Assembly (NCBI GenBank): GCA_016929035.1
Contig: JAFGJP010000022.1
Coordinates: forward strand, 1-29,122
DNA: 29,122 bases
From: Candidatus Auribacterota bacterium
GTDB taxonomy: Bacteria; Auribacterota; JAFGBW01; JAFGJP01
Direction of reading: 5' to 3'
The notes under the pieces were generated by a model. That model saw only the letters and a program-made list of their open reading frames with translations, was not told where the DNA came from and made no database searches. Positions 1 to 8,855 of this stretch are shown piece by piece; position 1 is the stretch's first letter; every line of letters begins with the position of its first letter. A program made the translations under genes and the position numbers.

Positions 1-111
1 CGGGCAAAAAAAGGAAAGAAAAGGACTTTTATGAAAATTTGGTTGAAATTTTTTTAAAACAGTGAAAAATTAAGAGGTATTTTTTAAATCAAAAAAAAGG
101 ACACACGGTCA

Positions 112-945
112 ATGATGTTCAAGGGAAAGCAAACGGTAACGTTCCTGGAGCCTGAAGTCCAGGATGTTCTCAAAAGCGCCGGTTTGATAGAGGCCCGGGA
201 TTTCTTTTCCTACAAAAATAAATACTGCTACAAGAGGAATTATTTCAGGGCCGTCTATAAGATTCCCCTGCAGGACAGAAAGAATATCTTTCTTAAAAAG
301 CACGACAGGCTTTCTCCGGCCATGTTCCTGAGACTTCTTTTTGTCGAGAGATTATCTGAGGCCAGGCATGAGCTTGAAAGTATTCTTCTCGCGAGAAAAC
401 TGGGGATTGCCACCCTGAAGCCGTTGGGATATGGCGAGAAGACGATTTTCGGCATTCCTGTTCAATCGTTTCTTCTCACGGAGTCTCTCGAGAAAGTCCC
501 CCGGCTGGAAGATATTATTGCGAAATCCTGGAATAAGTTTCCTTTTGCCAAAAAAAAGTTCATTATTTCCAGCGTGGCGGAAATCGTCGCCAAGCTGCAC
601 AGAAACCGTCTTTTTCACAAGGATCTGTATCTCGGGCACATACTTTTTGACGATGCCGGATCTTCCGACGAATGCGTTTTTTATTTAATTGACCTGCAGA
701 GAATAAATCAACATAATAAAAGGCTGCGAAGGTGGCGAGTGAAAGATCTTTCTTCGCTGAACTATTCGGCTGATCTGTGTGGGGTCGGCATCAAGGACAG
801 GCTCAGGTTCCTCAAGGAATACTGCAGGCATATGAAGTTGCCTAGCAGAGATTACATCCGGCCTGTCAACCGAAAGACAGAGCTTATCAAGAATCATACG
901 CTTAAGCGTTATCTGAAAAACAACTTGAAGAAAAAGACAAGGTAA
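112..945 (+). CDS. Lipopolysaccharide kinase family protein (WaaP/InaA/Kdo-kinase-like)
   Basis: 277-aa ORF with HKDLYLGHILF catalytic-loop-like motif, YLIDLQR (DFG-equivalent) and WRVKDLSSLNYS, resembling WaaP HRDxYxxH / LIDL / WRxKDLxxLxxS. Confidence 0.75.
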   Translation: MMFKGKQTVTFLEPEVQDVLKSAGLIEARDFFSYKNKYCYKRNYFRAVYKIPLQDRKNIFLKKHDRLSPAMFLRLLFVERLSEARHELESILLARKLGIATLKPLGYGEKTIFGIPVQSFLLTESLEKVPRLEDIIAKSWNKFPFAKKKFIISSVAEIVAKLHRNRLFHKDLYLGHILFDDAGSSDECVFYLIDLQRINQHNKRLRRWRVKDLSSLNYSADLCGVGIKDRLRFLKEYCRHMKLPSRDYIRPVNRKTELIKNHTLKRYLKNNLKKKTR

Positions 946-955
946 AGGAGCCTGC

Positions 956-1588
956 ATGACAATAGATATTTCAGATTCATGGAGCAAACTTTACGAAACA
1001 CGAAAAGTGATCCGTGAGAACTTCCCGGATTTTTGGAAGATGCGGGTCATAAGAAAGCCCATGTGGGCCATCAGGCGATTCATGAAGGAAGGCGACCTTG
1101 TTCTTGACGCAGGTTCTTATAACAGGGGCCTTTATCATCAGTTAAAGACGAGTTTTCAGGATGTTAAGTACAGGAGCATGGACATTGACAGGGATAAGAA
1201 GCACGATTATTATTCCTTTGAAGAAATCAAGGAAAAGTTTGATATCGTCTTTCTTTTTGAAGTCATTGAGCATCTTAATCTTCAGGATGGAGTCATCTTG
1301 TTGAAGAAGATTCATCATGTTCTGAAAGACAAGGGGAAGATCATTCTCACGACGCCAAATGTGTTTCACCCGAACCGCTACTGGGAATGTTCTCATAAGG
1401 TTTCCTACAGGCACGATGAGATAGGCGGGATCATGGATTCTGTGGGCTTTAATGTGGTTCAGATATATCGCGTATATAATGATTCTTTTCTCAAAAGAAT
1501 GTTCAGAATCTATATCGCAAGCTTTGTTCATGAATATTTCAGTGTTGATTTTGCCAAATCGATACTGCTGGTGGGTGAGAAAAAATGA
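956..1588 (+). CDS. Class I SAM-dependent methyltransferase, substrate unknown
   Basis: LVLDAGS motif I, KFDIVFLFEVIEHL and LKDKGKIILTTPN post-motifs; GGAG upstream of ATG; stop overlaps acpS start (ATGA). Confidence 0.75.
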   Translation: MTIDISDSWSKLYETRKVIRENFPDFWKMRVIRKPMWAIRRFMKEGDLVLDAGSYNRGLYHQLKTSFQDVKYRSMDIDRDKKHDYYSFEEIKEKFDIVFLFEVIEHLNLQDGVILLKKIHHVLKDKGKIILTTPNVFHPNRYWECSHKVSYRHDEIGGIMDSVGFNVVQIYRVYNDSFLKRMFRIYIASFVHEYFSVDFAKSILLVGEKK

Positions 1589-1980
1589 TTGCAGGCATCG
1601 GCATAGATATTATTGATGTTCAGAGGATGAGAAATATCGTGGAAAAAGAAACAGGGGCCCGGTTTCTCGACCGGACGTTTTCTGAAAGGGAAAAAGAATA
1701 CTGCAGTACATTTAAGGACCCTTTGCCTCGTTTTGCCGGCCGTTTTGCTGCGAAAGAGGCTTTTGTCAAGGCCTCGTCGTCATTTTTAAAGGGGATCGCT
1801 CTAAAAGATATAGAGACCCTGAATGCATCTTCAGGAGCGCCCGGCATCGCTGTCCTTAAAGGAGATTTCGACAGCTCAAGGTACGCCTGTCATGTTTCTA
1901 TCTCTCATACGGAGACATATGCCTGCGCCTGCGTGGTTATCGAAGTCAAGGAAGGAGTCGCACATGATAAATGCAAATGA
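1585..1980 (+). CDS. acpS: Holo-[acyl-carrier-protein] synthase
   Basis: GIGIDII, FAGRFAAKEAFVKA and HVSISHTETYACA motifs; 131 aa. Confidence 0.95.
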   Translation: MIAGIGIDIIDVQRMRNIVEKETGARFLDRTFSEREKEYCSTFKDPLPRFAGRFAAKEAFVKASSSFLKGIALKDIETLNASSGAPGIAVLKGDFDSSRYACHVSISHTETYACACVVIEVKEGVAHDKCK

Positions 1981-2521
1981 CTTAAGACGGGGCATGGCCA
2001 TAAAATTCAATAATTCTCTTTGTGTTGTTGTTGATACAGAGCACATCAAGCCCGGAAAAGGGGGAGCTTATATTCAGGCTGTTCTTAAAGATCTGCGTTT
2101 AGGGCGTACGCTGAATAACCGGTTCCGGTCGCAGGAAAGCGTCGAAGATGTGCGGCTTGAAGGGAAAGCCATGCAGTTTCTTTACAAGGATTCGGGCGGA
2201 TTTCATTTCATGGATCTGGAAACGTTTGAGACCGTTGTGCTTTCGATGGACTTTATAGGAGAAAACGCCCATTTTCTTGTCCCTGAGCTGGAGGTGGAGA
2301 TCGAGTTTTATGACAGTGAGCCTGTGCTGATCGATCTCCCGGCCAGCGTTGATCTCAAGATTGTCGAAACGGTTCCAGGAGAAAAAGGGAACTCTGTCGC
2401 CAACGTTCAAAAACCCGCTACTCTGGAAACAGGTTATACGCTGAATGTTCCTCTTTTTATCAATCAGGGAGAAAAGATAAAGATTGACACACGGTCCGGA
2501 AAATACCTGGGCCGGGCTTGA
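1964..2521 (+). CDS. efp: Translation elongation factor P
   Basis: Start reassigned to ATG 1964 (MINANDLRRG) after AAGGAG; HIKPGKGGAY loop with conserved Lys; C-terminal PGEKGNSV..KPATLETG and VPLFINQGEKIKIDTRSGKYLGRA. Confidence 0.97.
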   Translation: MINANDLRRGMAIKFNNSLCVVVDTEHIKPGKGGAYIQAVLKDLRLGRTLNNRFRSQESVEDVRLEGKAMQFLYKDSGGFHFMDLETFETVVLSMDFIGENAHFLVPELEVEIEFYDSEPVLIDLPASVDLKIVETVPGEKGNSVANVQKPATLETGYTLNVPLFINQGEKIKIDTRSGKYLGRA

Positions 2522-2569
2522 TGCGGAATATGTTGCGGAGCTGAATTTTTTTCTTGCTCCCCGCGGCCG

Positions 2570-2585
2570 TTATTTTTAAAAATAA
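2570..2585. promoter_or_regulatory. Perfect 16-bp palindrome TTATTTTTAAAAATAA, possible operator
   Basis: Self-complementary; lies 46 nt upstream of the ATG at 2632. AT-only, so it may be chance. Confidence 0.2.
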
Positions 2586-2631
2586 TGTCGGACAATTTTT
2601 TCATGAAGGAAGAGGATCGAGGAGAGAATTT

Positions 2632-3030
2632 ATGAAAAAGCCGATTGTCATTGGGACTGGCAAGAAAAGCTTCCTAGATGTTCAAAAAGGATACATCGCA
2701 GGTCTCATCCACAACCTTAAAGATTTTTCCAAGCTTTTTATGAAAAAGAACGGGAGAGGGGGGATGATAAGCCGCCTGTCGCTGAATAATATCGAGGACA
2801 TCTACGATCATATCGTTCAGATTTACTACAATGGTTATCGCATCAAAAAATTTGGTGAAGACTGGATTTATACAGAAGATGCTCCCAGAGAAGGACGCAA
2901 AGCCCAGCAACAGGTAAAATTTGAATCCTCAGGTAATCTGTCTGTCAGGATCCAGGATGGAGCCCATCAGAAGATGCTTTGCTTCTCGATCGATTCCAAG
3001 CTCCGTCTTCATGATACGCGTAAATTCTAA
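2632..3030 (+). CDS. Hypothetical protein (132 aa)
   Basis: ATG 2632 preceded by GAGGAG; fills the gap between efp and convergent panD; no motif recognised. Confidence 0.65.
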   Translation: MKKPIVIGTGKKSFLDVQKGYIAGLIHNLKDFSKLFMKKNGRGGMISRLSLNNIEDIYDHIVQIYYNGYRIKKFGEDWIYTEDAPREGRKAQQQVKFESSGNLSVRIQDGAHQKMLCFSIDSKLRLHDTRKF

Positions 3031-3039
3031 CGCACAGTC

Positions 3040-3393
3040 CTACTTCATCCTTGGATGATTGTCATCATCCATGATAAGAATTCGAGGTTTCAAGGAACCG
3101 GCCTCTTTTTCATCAACCAGGGCAAAGGCAAGAATAATAACCCGGTCTCCCACTGCACCAAGACGGGCAGCTGCACCGTTAAGGCTTACAATGCCGCTTC
3201 CTTTTTTTGCCTTGATGAGATAGGTTTCGAAGCGGCTGCCGTTAGAAAGATTAGCAACAAGGACTTTTTCATATGCCTGCATGCCTGCCAGCGTCATAAA
3301 AGATTCATCAAGCCCCAGGCTGCCATCGTAGTTGATGTGACATTGAGTGATTGTCGCTTTATGGATTTTTGATTTCAGCTTGTGAATAAGCAT
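3040..3393 (-). CDS. panD: Aspartate 1-decarboxylase proenzyme
   Basis: K9, H11, G24-S25 self-cleavage site, R54, T57, Y58 and NGAAAR all at canonical positions. Confidence 0.97.
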   Translation of the reverse strand: MLIHKLKSKIHKATITQCHINYDGSLGLDESFMTLAGMQAYEKVLVANLSNGSRFETYLIKAKKGSGIVSLNGAAARLGAVGDRVIILAFALVDEKEAGSLKPRILIMDDDNHPRMK

Positions 3394-3416
3394 GGCTCAC
3401 CTCAAACAGATGTGTT

Positions 3417-3445
3417 AATATAGCAAAAGGAAAACTTCAGAACAA
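3417..3445 (-). promoter_or_regulatory. Putative sigma70 promoter of panD
   Basis: TTGTTC-N17-TATATT with extended -10 TG on the minus strand. Confidence 0.5.
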
Positions 3446-3475
3446 GCACAAAATATTTACTCTACAAATATAATC

Positions 3476-3504
3476 TTTACAATTGAAGAAAAAAATGCGA
3501 TACT
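3476..3504 (+). promoter_or_regulatory. Putative sigma70 promoter of transketolase operon
   Basis: TTTACA-N17-GATACT with TG extension; divergent from the panD promoter. Confidence 0.55.
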
Positions 3505-3600
3505 GCTTGCCTTTTGAAGGAGAAAAGACTCTCCATCGACTTTTTTATCGTCAATGAACTCGATGCACAGGGTTTGATATCGCCTGAGTGGAGTAACACA

Positions 3601-4434
3601 GTGATTGATGAAAAAAAGATTCAGCATTTAAAAAATACAGCTCAGAAAGTCAGAAGAAAAATCATAGAAATTCTCGGCCGCGCAGGTTCCGGACATCCCG
3701 GGGGGTCTCTTTCTTCAACGGAGATAATCGTTTCCCTGTATGAAGGCATCATGGATGTCGATCCTTCACAGCCCCGGAAGATGCAAAGAGACAGGCTTGT
3801 TCTCAGCAAGGGTCATTCCTGTCCGGCTCTGTATGTGATGCTTGCTTTCAAGGGTTTCTTTCCGGTGGAGGACCTGGATCATTTAAGGCAGTGGGGGTCT
3901 CATCTCCAGGGGCACCCGGATATGAAGTCGACGCCTGGAGTAGACATGTCTTCCGGCTCTCTTGGCCAGGGGCTTTCAGCTGCGTGCGGAATAGCTCTGG
4001 CAGCAAAAATCGATAAAAGAGATTTCTGGACATATTGCATCATCGGCGACGGCGAAGCTCAGGAAGGGCAGATATGGGAAGCATCTATGTTTGCCGCACA
4101 CAACAAGCTGGACAATCTGATCGTATTCCTTGATTTTAATAAGCAGCAGATCGAAGGCCGTGTGGATGAAATCATTGGCCCTCTGCAGTATGAAGAGAAA
4201 TGGAAATCATTTGGCTGGCATGTTCAGACAATAGACGGACACAGCTTTAAAGAGATCTTTCACGCTGTTGATACGGCCAAAAAAAGCAGGTTCAAGCCCT
4301 TTATGATTATAGCGAACACCGTTAAAGGGAAAGGCGTTTCTTTTATGGAGTGGAACCTGGATTTTCACGGCACGGCACCGAAGGGCACTGAAATTGAAAA
4401 AGCGATCAGCGAGATCAATGACAGCGCGTTTTAA
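3601..4434 (+). CDS. Transketolase, N-terminal (TPP-binding) subunit
   Basis: Start reassigned to GTG 3601 after GGAG; GSGHPGGSLS, RDRLVLSKGH, LQGHP, SGSLGQG and GDGEAQEGQIWEA motifs. Confidence 0.93.
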   Translation: MIDEKKIQHLKNTAQKVRRKIIEILGRAGSGHPGGSLSSTEIIVSLYEGIMDVDPSQPRKMQRDRLVLSKGHSCPALYVMLAFKGFFPVEDLDHLRQWGSHLQGHPDMKSTPGVDMSSGSLGQGLSAACGIALAAKIDKRDFWTYCIIGDGEAQEGQIWEASMFAAHNKLDNLIVFLDFNKQQIEGRVDEIIGPLQYEEKWKSFGWHVQTIDGHSFKEIFHAVDTAKKSRFKPFMIIANTVKGKGVSFMEWNLDFHGTAPKGTEIEKAISEINDSAF

Positions 4435-4465
4435 AAAGAAATAAAGGTAACAGGGAACGTTAGAG

Positions 4466-5407
4466 ATGGCTGAACTCAAGGGAACACGCGATGGGTACGG
4501 AGAAGCGCTTATCGAGCTTGGGGAGAAAGATTCTAACATTGTCGTTCTTGATGCGGATCTGGGAAGTTCTACTCGGGCGCGTAAGTTCGCCACCAAATTT
4601 CCAGAGCGCTATTTTAATGTCGGTGTCGCGGAACAGAACATGATCGGCATCGCCTCGGGCCTAGCCTGTACGGGTAAAACAGTTTTTGCCAGCACATTCG
4701 CCATTTTTGCCACAGGACGACCATGGGAACAGATTCGAAATTCGGTTTGTTTCAGTAACCTGAACGTAAAAATTGTTGCTTCACATGGGGGAATTACCGT
4801 TGGCGCTGACGGTGCTTCACATCAGAGCCTTGAAGATGTTGCCATCATGCGGTGTATTCCCAATATGAAAGTTATCGTTCCGTGTGATTACGAGGAAACG
4901 AAAAAAACCATGCGCGAGATCGTTAAGGTCAAAGGCCCGTACTACATCCGCCTCGGAAGGGCCAAGTATCCTGTTCTTACAAATCCTGACACGCCGTTTG
5001 AGGTCGGGAAAGGTCATATTTTTCGCAAAGGAAAACATGTGACGATTATTTCAACAGGAACGATGCTTGACCATGCGTTAAAAGCAGCCGCTCAGCTGGA
5101 AAAGCAGGACGTTCAGGCAGAGGTTATGCACATCCATACGATAAAGCCCATTGACGCAGAACTCATAGCCGCTTCAGCGAAAAAAACGAGGTGTGTTGTC
5201 ACTGTTGAGGAACATTCTGTCATTGGCGGTCTGGGAAGCGCTGTCAGCGAGGTTCTCTGCAGCTGCTGCCCTGTTCCGGTCGAAAGGATAGGCATTCAGG
5301 ACAAATTCGGACGATCAGGTTCTCCGGAAGTTTTAATAAAAGTCTACAATATGGATGTTCCTGATATTGTTGAGGCGGCTAAAAAAGTGATTCAAAAAAA
5401 GGATTGA
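4466..5407 (+). CDS. Transketolase, C-terminal subunit
   Basis: VVLDADL, NVGVAEQNMIG, DGASHQSLED, VVTVEEHSVIGGLG motifs; follows the N-terminal subunit. Confidence 0.93.
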   Translation: MAELKGTRDGYGEALIELGEKDSNIVVLDADLGSSTRARKFATKFPERYFNVGVAEQNMIGIASGLACTGKTVFASTFAIFATGRPWEQIRNSVCFSNLNVKIVASHGGITVGADGASHQSLEDVAIMRCIPNMKVIVPCDYEETKKTMREIVKVKGPYYIRLGRAKYPVLTNPDTPFEVGKGHIFRKGKHVTIISTGTMLDHALKAAAQLEKQDVQAEVMHIHTIKPIDAELIAASAKKTRCVVTVEEHSVIGGLGSAVSEVLCSCCPVPVERIGIQDKFGRSGSPEVLIKVYNMDVPDIVEAAKKVIQKKD

Positions 5408-5410
5408 AAA

Positions 5411-6691
5411 ATGAAAAGAGTTAAATCCAACATCATCAATTTTATTTTGCTTTTTCTTATCCTTCTGGGAATCAGCCTGTGTTTTGGAAATCAGATGAAG
5501 CTCAACATTGCTGATTCAAAAAACGAACTTTATGAAAAACTCCAGCTTTTTGCTGATGTTTTGACAATCGTCAAGAAAAACTACATGCGCGAAGTCTCGT
5601 CCAAAGAGCTTATTTACGGAGCTCTTACCGGAGCCCTTCAGTCTTTGGACCCGCATAGTCAGTTCATGGACCCTGAGATGTACGATGCCATGAAAGTTGA
5701 AACAGAGGGTGTGTTCGGAGGCCTCGGCATCGAGATCACCATCCGCGACGGCGCGCTTACGGTCATCAGTCCGATGGAAGACACTCCGGCTTTTCGTGCC
5801 GGTATCAAGGCAGGGGATAAGATCCTCAAAATCGATGATGAGTCCACGGAGAACATCACTCTGATGGAAGCGGTCAAAAAACTCCGCGGAGAAATCGGAT
5901 CGCAGGTCAACCTGACGATCTTACGGCCGGCGACCAAGGAGTTTTTAGATATCCAGATCATTCGGGCAGAGATCAAGGTTCATGCTGTCAGAGAGGCAAG
6001 GATCATACCTGATACAAGGATCGGTTATGTCCGCATCCTTCATTTTCAGGAAGAGACAGCCGATGAGCTAGAAAAGGCAATTAAGGATTTTGGTGATATT
6101 GAAGGCATGGTGCTTGACCTCAGGAACAATCCCGGGGGTCTTCTTCAGGAAGCTGTAAGGGTATCTGAACTTTTTGTCGGCGGAGAGAGGCTGGTCGTGT
6201 ACACAGAAGGCCGCGTTCCTGATCAGAATATAAAGTATTATAGTAAAAGAAAAGAAAAGATTGTCAGCTGCCCGCTGGTGGTTCTGGTTAATGACGGAAG
6301 CGCCAGCGCTTCAGAAATCGTCGCTGGTGCTATCCAGGATTGGAATGAAGGAGTCATTGTCGGAGTTAAGACCTTCGGCAAAGGTTCTGTCCAGTCCGTG
6401 ATCCCCCTTACCGATGGATCGGCCCTGCGTCTTACGACAGCTCTTTATTTCTTGCCGAAAGGAAGAGTCATCCATGAAAAAGGGATTGATCCGGACGTGG
6501 AGATTACTCTTTCGGCAAAGGACGAAGAGGAGATCATCAAGTATAGATTAGAGCATCTTGATAATCCGGAAGAACCTGAAAAAATCTATCTTGATTCGCA
6601 GCTGAGCCGTGCTGTCGATATCATAAAAGGGATTTCCGTTTATATTGAAAAGAAGGAAAATAATAAAGAAGAACTCAAGCCGGCGGCGTGA
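5411..6691 (+). CDS. ctpA: S41 family C-terminal processing protease with PDZ domain
   Basis: N-terminal hydrophobic segment; LDPHS, FGGLGIEI (PDZ), LDLRNNPGGLL, SASASEIVAGA and TFGKGSVQ. Confidence 0.92.
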   Translation: MKRVKSNIINFILLFLILLGISLCFGNQMKLNIADSKNELYEKLQLFADVLTIVKKNYMREVSSKELIYGALTGALQSLDPHSQFMDPEMYDAMKVETEGVFGGLGIEITIRDGALTVISPMEDTPAFRAGIKAGDKILKIDDESTENITLMEAVKKLRGEIGSQVNLTILRPATKEFLDIQIIRAEIKVHAVREARIIPDTRIGYVRILHFQEETADELEKAIKDFGDIEGMVLDLRNNPGGLLQEAVRVSELFVGGERLVVYTEGRVPDQNIKYYSKRKEKIVSCPLVVLVNDGSASASEIVAGAIQDWNEGVIVGVKTFGKGSVQSVIPLTDGSALRLTTALYFLPKGRVIHEKGIDPDVEITLSAKDEEEIIKYRLEHLDNPEEPEKIYLDSQLSRAVDIIKGISVYIEKKENNKEELKPAA

Positions 6692-6761
6692 TCCTTAAGC
6701 AGGAGAAACTCTGAAGAGCCTGCGGTTTGGATTGTTAAAACGACAGTTCCAGCAGAAAACC

Positions 6762-7547
6762 ATGAATGAGGGTAGAATCAGAAAGAGCATAAAGGCATGT
6801 TTTTTTTTCGGTCTCCTGTGCCTTGTTCTGATTTTGAGCGGCTGTGCAAAGACAAAATTCGCCCTTCGGTCCCGGCCGAAGACCCCGGAAGAAATTCCAC
6901 CGCGCATCGCCATCGTTCTTGATGATGCAGGAAATACTTCAACTTGTCTTCTTGATGTTGAAAATATTTCTTTTCCCGTCACCATAGCTGTTCTTCCTTC
7001 AGTAGCCTACTCGCAGAAGTTCTGCTATGTGAACAATCCTTTTGTAAAGAAAATTGTCCATGTTCCCATGGAAGCGGAGAAGCTTTATCCCGGTCCTGAA
7101 ACAATTTATGCTTCTATGTCAGAAAAAGAGATTATGGAAGCCCTCGAGGTTATTTTTGGTCAGTTTCCAGACCTGAAAGGATTCAACAATCATATGGGAT
7201 CGGTTTTTATGAAGGATGAAAGGGCGTTAAGAACAGTGTTCCTTTTTGCCAAAAAAAGAAAACTATTTTTTCTTAACAGCCTGACCGTGAGTGATGACAC
7301 AGCAAGGCGTTTGGCTGAGAGTCTGGGGGTTCCTTATCTTGAGAGAGATATTTTTCTCGATAATAAGGCGGACAGAAGTTATATACAGGAAAAATTTATC
7401 GAGGGCCTAGCGGGAGCACGTGACAATACGTTTTGCATCATCCAGGGCCATGTTCGACCAGATACGGTTCGAGCGCTCAGAGATCTTGTCCCGAAGGCTC
7501 AAAAAGAGGGATTTAGATTTGTTTTTCTGGAAGATCTGTATCAGTAA
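6762..7547 (+). CDS. Divergent polysaccharide deacetylase family (YibQ-like) lipoprotein
   Basis: IAIVLDDAG, IVHVPME, GFNNHMGS, ERDIFLDN motifs; lipobox LSGC; position after ctpA is typical. Start ATG 6762 is uncertain. Confidence 0.85.
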   Translation: MNEGRIRKSIKACFFFGLLCLVLILSGCAKTKFALRSRPKTPEEIPPRIAIVLDDAGNTSTCLLDVENISFPVTIAVLPSVAYSQKFCYVNNPFVKKIVHVPMEAEKLYPGPETIYASMSEKEIMEALEVIFGQFPDLKGFNNHMGSVFMKDERALRTVFLFAKKRKLFFLNSLTVSDDTARRLAESLGVPYLERDIFLDNKADRSYIQEKFIEGLAGARDNTFCIIQGHVRPDTVRALRDLVPKAQKEGFRFVFLEDLYQ

Positions 7548-7577
7548 AAAATAAAAATTTAAAAGTGAAAAATAAAG

Positions 7578-7603
7578 AATAAGGAGCGCTGCGCGCAGAT
7601 AAT
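7578..7603 (+). repeat. 3'-end motif AATAAGGAGCGCTGCGCGCAGATAAT, copy 1 of 3
   Basis: Related copies at 25853-25879 (+) and 26935-26959 (-), each shortly downstream of a stop codon in sense orientation. Confidence 0.75.
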
Positions 7604-7661
7604 AATAAAAAGTAATCCCGTGACGTCCTTAGGCGGATGGAGTAAAGCATGAAAATTCCTT

Positions 7662-7724
7662 GTCCCTCTTGTTTCTTGCCTCTTGATTCTTTTATCCTGT
7701 ATCGTGTATCCTGTATCTTATATC
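7662..7724 (-). repeat. GATACAG-type heptamer array (9 units)
   Basis: Minus strand reads GATATAA GATACAG GATACAC GATACAG GATAAAA GAATCAA GAGGCAA GAAACAA GAGGGAC. Confidence 0.85.
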
Positions 7725-7823
7725 TGTTATTATTTCCTAATTGTTATTTTTAGCTTTTAATTTTTTTCTCCAGTTTGTTTGTCCGCTTAATTATAAGAGC
7801 AAGAAGAGAAAAAGGATTTTAAA

Positions 7824-8831
7824 ATGATCATTCTAGGCATCGAGACGTCATGCGATGAGACGTCCGCCTCTCTGGTCGGAGACGGGCACAGGATTCTTTC
7901 TCTTGTGACGTCAACGCAGATTGATTTTCACAGGATCTACGGCGGCGTTGTCCCGGAAATCGCGAGCCGCCTTCATGCAGAGACGATAAGAGAGGTCACT
8001 CGAAAAGCCCTTGAAGATGCCTCTGCTGATCTGGAAGAGATTGATGCTGTTGCGGCCACAAGCGGGCCCGGTCTTCTGGGTTCTCTTCTCGTGGGCGTGT
8101 CTTTTGCCAATGCTCTGGCTCTTTCCCTGAGGAAGCCCTGCATGGCCATCAACCATCTCGAGGCTCATATCTATTCGGCTTTTATGGAGTTTTCTGAGAT
8201 TGAGCCTCCGGTTGTCGCTCTTCTTGTATCAGGAGGACATACGGCTATCGTGTTCATGGAAGATTTTGGCCGGTACCGGATGATGGGGAGCACTCTTGAC
8301 GATGCAGCAGGAGAGGCTTTTGATAAGATCGCTTTCTTTCTCGGCCTGGGCTATCCTGGAGGGCCTGCCATAGAGAAAGCGGCTTTGAAAGGAAACCGCA
8401 CAGCTTTTGAATTTCCAAGAGCCATGCTCAGGCATAAAAGATTATATGATTTCAGCTTCAGCGGGTTAAAAACATCTGTCATTAATAAGGTCAGGTCTCT
8501 TGCTGAATCTCCGGAGCTTCTGCCTGAAAAAGTCAAGCTCGACGTCGCAGCCAGTTTTCAGGAAGCTGTCTGCGACGCGCTTGTTGCCAAAACGATTGCT
8601 TCTGCGGAAGAAAGCGGTGTTAAAAGAGTCGTCCTCACAGGCGGTGTTGCAGCCAATTTACGCCTGAGGGAAAAGTTAGGAGAAGCGTGTGAAAAAAAAG
8701 AGATCCGTCTTTTTACTCCTTCCATGAAGCTGTGCGGTGATAATGCAGCCATGATCGCCGGCCTGGCCTTTTATAAGCGACACCAGGCCCTGGAATTCAT
8801 CGATGATGTAAGTTCTGTCAAGCCGATCTAA
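7824..8831 (+). CDS. tsaD: tRNA N6-adenosine threonylcarbamoyltransferase TsaD
   Basis: ILGIETSCDET, SGPGLLGSLLVG, NHLEAH, LLVSGGHT, TLDDAAGEAFDK, FSFSGLKT, GGVAAN, CGDNAAMIA. Confidence 0.97.
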   Translation: MIILGIETSCDETSASLVGDGHRILSLVTSTQIDFHRIYGGVVPEIASRLHAETIREVTRKALEDASADLEEIDAVAATSGPGLLGSLLVGVSFANALALSLRKPCMAINHLEAHIYSAFMEFSEIEPPVVALLVSGGHTAIVFMEDFGRYRMMGSTLDDAAGEAFDKIAFFLGLGYPGGPAIEKAALKGNRTAFEFPRAMLRHKRLYDFSFSGLKTSVINKVRSLAESPELLPEKVKLDVAASFQEAVCDALVAKTIASAEESGVKRVVLTGGVAANLRLREKLGEACEKKEIRLFTPSMKLCGDNAAMIAGLAFYKRHQALEFIDDVSSVKPI

Positions 8832-8855
8832 AATATTCTAAGCACCAAAAAATGC

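Larger units (their letters stand above)
7553..7766. repeat. A-rich heptad tract and its inverted copy closing the intergenic region
   Basis: 7553-7575 vs reverse complement of 7744-7766: 20/23 identical; AT-rich, so significance is modest. Confidence 0.45.

Noticed and set aside
1964-2521. Atypical EF-P variant
   Set aside because: It keeps the canonical PGKG lysine loop, and no modification genes are nearby.
3505-3600. TPP riboswitch upstream of TPP-dependent transketolase
   Set aside because: It lacks the CUGAGA and downstream conserved TPP aptamer elements.
3601-5407. Split transketolase as a disrupted gene
   Set aside because: Two-subunit transketolases are common, and both halves have their own starts and intact motifs.
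6699-6723. GCAGGAGAAACTCTGAAGAGCCTGC hairpin as a glycine-riboswitch fragment
   Set aside because: Only a short GAAACUCU-like match; the rest of the aptamer is absent.
7614-7643. AATCCCGTGACGTCCTTAGGCGGATGGAGT as a further IS200/IS605-like end
   Set aside because: Pairing is too degenerate and it has no alignable match to elements A or B.
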